Assembly: GCA_046735575.1 (NCBI GenBank)
Contig: JBKPTS010000012.1
Coordinates: forward strand, 5,758 to 69,757
Direction: 5' to 3'
Source of the DNA: Actinomycetota bacterium
GTDB lineage: Bacteria; Actinomycetota; Thermoleophilia; Gaiellales; Gaiellaceae
DNA: 64,000 nucleotides
A program made the translations under genes and the position numbers. The notes below the pieces were generated by a model. That model saw only the letters and a program-made list of their open reading frames with translations, did not search any database and had not been told where the DNA came from. Of the stretch, positions 62,401-64,000 are shown in pieces. How positions within the stretch are numbered: position 1 is the first letter of the stretch; each line of letters begins with the position of its first letter.

Positions 62401-62803
62401 CGAGCTCGGCGACGTCATCCACCGGACGGGCGCGACGTTCATGCTCTCGGAGCTCGATCTCCTGGAGGGAGACATCGCGGAGGCAGAGCGCCGAATTCTG
62501 CGGTGCCTGACCGTCTACACCGAGCTGCAGAACGACCGCAGCCGGGCGGAGTGCCTCGTCGTCCTCGGGGGCGTGGCGGTTGCCCGAGGAGCCCTCGAGG
62601 AAGCTGCACGTTTCTTCGGCGCCGCGGATCGCCTGCGGGGCGAGGCACGTCCCAACCGGTTCGAGATCCCCGTGCTCGAACGCTGCCTGCCGGACCTCGA
62701 GGTGGAGCTCGGAGACCGGTTGACCGAACTCCGGTCGGAGGGGCGGCGGCTCGGCCCCGAGGGACTGGTCTCGGCAGTTGTCTCTGGTGCGGATGGGCAC
62801 TAG
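59402..62803 (+). CDS. SARP-type regulator fused to a cyclase-homology domain, an NB-ARC ATPase and TPR repeats
   Basis: Domains in order: an OmpR-type wHTH plus BTAD (MEFRILGPLEV..., LYRCGRQAEALEAYQ); a class III cyclase domain with metal-Asp motifs LFFADVEGST and AGDGVFLAF; the P-loop GPGGAGKSRLA with NB-ARC motifs (LLFLDNFEH, GLPLAIEL); and a long TPR region. Confidence 0.85.
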   Translation: MEFRILGPLEVSSDGEAVDVGGRKQRTLLAMLLLEANRVVAQDRLIEALWEDEPPDTAAKGLQVYVSQLRKALGKDRLETRSPGYVLRAEPGELDVLQFERLQDEGRFDEALALWRGAPLADFAYQRFAQAEIARLEEARLRCLEGRIERDLERGRHDAVVGELETLVASHPLREGLRRLLMLALYRCGRQAEALEAYQQGRQALVDELGIEPGRALRDLQQAILNQDPGLDAPAGEPPAAEGRALPRGTVTLFFADVEGSTRLVYTLGGERYRAVRSRARAIIRASASGNRGSEVDWAGDGVFLAFEQARDAVAAAIGVQRALASEPWTPEEAVRMRIGIHTGEPDVGDEGYVGIDVHLAARICAAGHGGQVVLSRRTKDLVPERDGVSFRPLGSHRLRDMDAPQPLFQLVAPGLEESFPPLNTLAGATLPALHHRLVGRARDLEELQSLVGDRNVRLVTITGPGGAGKSRLALEVAGAAAVERPVHLVGLAPISDPDLVPAAIARTLGVRESPDRPLIETLAESLAHTRSLLFLDNFEHVAPAARYLAELLHRTPGLGVLTTSRRPLRLIGEQVFPLKPLDVDEAATLFAELAAARGVVLSDDALPSVHAICRRLDGLPLAIELVAARLVVLPPARILQALDEGLGLDMEGPVDLPERQRTLRATIAWSYDLLTDSQRELLDALAVFAGGCSLEDAQTVARAGASFLADLEALVGWSLLRSDVSDGDVRLSMLETVRETAEERLAAAGELEDLKRRHAERFLALALQAEKELSGPDQAEWLERLEQELDNMRAALDWCLASRRVEDAVRAESALGRFWWMHGHVAEARSRLSQALAQSDGVAAEVLANGLWWSARLAARQDDLKAEIPLLEQALELFRELDRPREIAFAIGELGWIALQQGEHERAAELCEEALSVARATGDAEAISGQLNYLADIYSARGDHLAALAAHEEALALRRTLDDPLLVTNSTYNLGIAAWENGELERARTAFEETCALASELGDVIHRTGATFMLSELDLLEGDIAEAERRILRCLTVYTELQNDRSRAECLVVLGGVAVARGALEEAARFFGAADRLRGEARPNRFEIPVLERCLPDLEVELGDRLTELRSEGRRLGPEGLVSAVVSGADGH

Positions 62804-62842
62804 TGTTGCCGTCAGGGAAGACCCGGACGGGAAGGAGAGGGC

Positions 62843-63151
62843 ATGCCGAGCAGGGAAGAGTTCATGGAAAGGTTCAAGGGCGAGTCCGCGGGGCCGACTC
62901 GGACCTTCGAGGGTTTCTCCGAGTTCAGCGACGATACGGACGAGACCGCGTTCCACCGCGCCATGAAGAAGGCGGCCAAGGCGGCGGCCGATGCGGCGAT
63001 CGCAGCGGCCAACGAGGGGGTGGGCGAGGAGGACCAGAGGACGATCCCCGATCCGGAGTGGTTCGAGGTGGCGCGGGTTCGGATCCTGGTCGGCAATCCG
63101 AACATCAAGGTCCTCGGCGTCACGATCACCGCGACGGACAGCGGCGGCTAG
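62843..63151 (+). CDS. Hypothetical small acidic protein
   Basis: A GGAAGGAGAGGG SD sequence lies upstream of the ATG. Codon usage is coding-type and I recognise no family. It lies 39 nt downstream of the SARP-cyclase gene. Confidence 0.55.
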   Translation: MPSREEFMERFKGESAGPTRTFEGFSEFSDDTDETAFHRAMKKAAKAAADAAIAAANEGVGEEDQRTIPDPEWFEVARVRILVGNPNIKVLGVTITATDSGG

Positions 63152-63360
63152 CTCTCCGCCTCCGTTCGCGCGTCCGAGCGCGTCTCGTTCATCGCCTTGA
63201 AGCCGCCGAGCTCGGCGACCGTCACGTCGGCCGCGACGGCGCCGAGGCCGAGGAGCGAGAGCAGTCTCCTCCGGGTCAGGATCCCGAGGAGGAGGAGCGC
63301 CCAGCCGCCGAGCCCGACGGGCCCGAAGGCCAGGTTGACGCCGCCGCGGTCGTGGGTCAT
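63148..63360 (-). CDS. Possible small membrane protein (hypothetical)
   Basis: A 70-aa ORF with one or two hydrophobic segments (GGWALLLLGIL, LLSLLGLGAVAA). It has no clear SD sequence and could be a high-GC shadow ORF. Confidence 0.3.
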   Translation of the reverse strand: MTHDRGGVNLAFGPVGLGGWALLLLGILTRRRLLSLLGLGAVAADVTVAELGGFKAMNETRSDARTEAES

Positions 63361-63413
63361 GGCGCGATGCTAGACGGACGAGGCGGCGGGCTCCCGCCGC
63401 CTCGGCCCTCCCG

Positions 63414-63758
63414 CTAGACCGCCCAGGTGGCCGCCGCCGCCGGAAGCGAGACCGCGCCGATGCGGTCGATCATCTCCCCGTCGGCTGCGAACAGGTTGTG
63501 CAGCGGAACCACCTTGATCGAGGGGGTGCCCATGACCTGCAGCTCGGCGACCGCCGGCATCACCCGGTGCTCGAGATAGCCGTGGAACGCCTGCTCCGTC
63601 TGCCAGACGTCGCACACCTCGATCCCGTCCTCGGTGACCGCCGACAGGTGAAGGACCTGGCCGGCAGCCGGGTTCGCGTCGAGATCGAGCCTCGCAATCA
63701 GCGCGTCGTACTGGTCCCCGGTCAGCCCAGGCCAGTGCATGAACATCGCGACTGCCAT
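63414..63758 (-). CDS. Hypothetical protein, possibly a ferredoxin-like (ABM/EthD-type) alpha+beta barrel
   Basis: A strong AAAGGAGGA SD sequence lies 6 nt upstream of the ATG. At 114 aa, the family call is a guess based on size and pattern. Confidence 0.55.
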   Translation of the reverse strand: MAVAMFMHWPGLTGDQYDALIARLDLDANPAAGQVLHLSAVTEDGIEVCDVWQTEQAFHGYLEHRVMPAVAELQVMGTPSIKVVPLHNLFAADGEMIDRIGAVSLPAAAATWAV

Positions 63759-63851
63759 CCCATCCTCCTTTTTCCTGGTCGCGTTCAGGACCCAGGCACA
63801 GCGTAATCGGCGCCTCGGGCGCAGGCAACGTGGCTCCCTCGGACGAGGGAC

Positions 63852-64000
63852 TCACGAGCCGAGCAGCGCGCGCGCGTAGTCGCGCGCGTCGAACGGGCGC
63901 AGGTCGTCCACGCCCTCGCCGATGCCCACGAGCTTGACGGGAAGCCCGAGCTCGGCCGCGATCGCGATCGCCACCCCGCCCTTCGCGCTCCCGTCGAGCT
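63852..64000 (-). CDS. ftsY: Signal recognition particle receptor FtsY, C-terminal end (gene continues beyond the window)
   Basis: The minus-strand translation ..LDGSAKGGVAIAIAAELGLPVKLVGIGEGVDDLRPFDARDYARALLGS-stop matches the conserved FtsY C-terminus (TKLDGTAKGG...GEG..DL..F). It is not in the supplied ORF track because its start lies outside the window. Confidence 0.85.
   Translation of the reverse strand, partial: LDGSAKGGVAIAIAAELGLPVKLVGIGEGVDDLRPFDARDYARALLGS

Noticed and set aside
1-64000. CRISPR arrays, rRNA genes, IS elements and toxin-antitoxin pairs.
   Set aside because: I saw no regularly spaced direct repeats, no rRNA-like segments, no transposase-like translation in any listed ORF, and no small adjacent gene pair with recognisable TA motifs.

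Overview
This is a very GC-rich window (about 70% by eye, not computed) with actinobacterial-type chromosomal content. I call about 62 protein-coding genes, one tRNA-Leu, two copies of a roughly 105-bp inverted-repeat element and several candidate regulatory sites. I saw no rRNA, CRISPR array, transposase or integrase.

Genes are tightly packed. Many stop/start overlaps of the GTGA/ATGA type suggest translational coupling. Several operon-leading genes have a TANNNT -10-like hexamer 6-7 nt upstream of the start codon, which suggests leaderless mRNAs.

The window falls into four sectors:
1. 1-17.3 kb is an accessory catabolic island. It holds a Dpp-type ABC transporter, a class-III-like Zn-ADH, a formaldehyde-activating-enzyme-like gene, two enolase-superfamily genes, an ornithine-cyclodeaminase-family gene, two HAL/PAL-fold lyases that both lack the Ala-Ser-Gly MIO triad, two tail-to-tail cysteine-dioxygenase-like cupins, an amidohydrolase, a rhodanese, a BHMT-like and a MetE-like methyltransferase, and a GntR regulator. 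I read this as a candidate pathway for an N-methylated (betaine-type), possibly sulfur-containing amino acid. This is the most interesting part of the window.
2. 17.3-49.3 kb is mixed housekeeping: aceA-aceB, ppx, gdh, modA, tRNA-Leu, rmuC, trxB, corA-like, nth, addBA-type helicase-nuclease, pntAA-AB-B and others. It also contains a Zn-ribbon/cyclase/AAA/TPR signalling protein.
3. 49.3-58.8 kb is the conserved block ffh-rpsP-KH-rimM-trmD-lepB-rplS-rnhB-yraN ... comM-dprA. It is interrupted between yraN and comM by a roughly 2-kb insertion carrying an orphan DNA methyltransferase and a collagen-like, tail-fibre-like secreted protein.
4. 58.9-64 kb holds a small secreted repeat protein, a SARP-cyclase-NB-ARC-TPR regulator, three small hypothetical genes and the 3' end of ftsY.

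All functional calls rest on my recognition of family motifs in the supplied translations. No database search was run.
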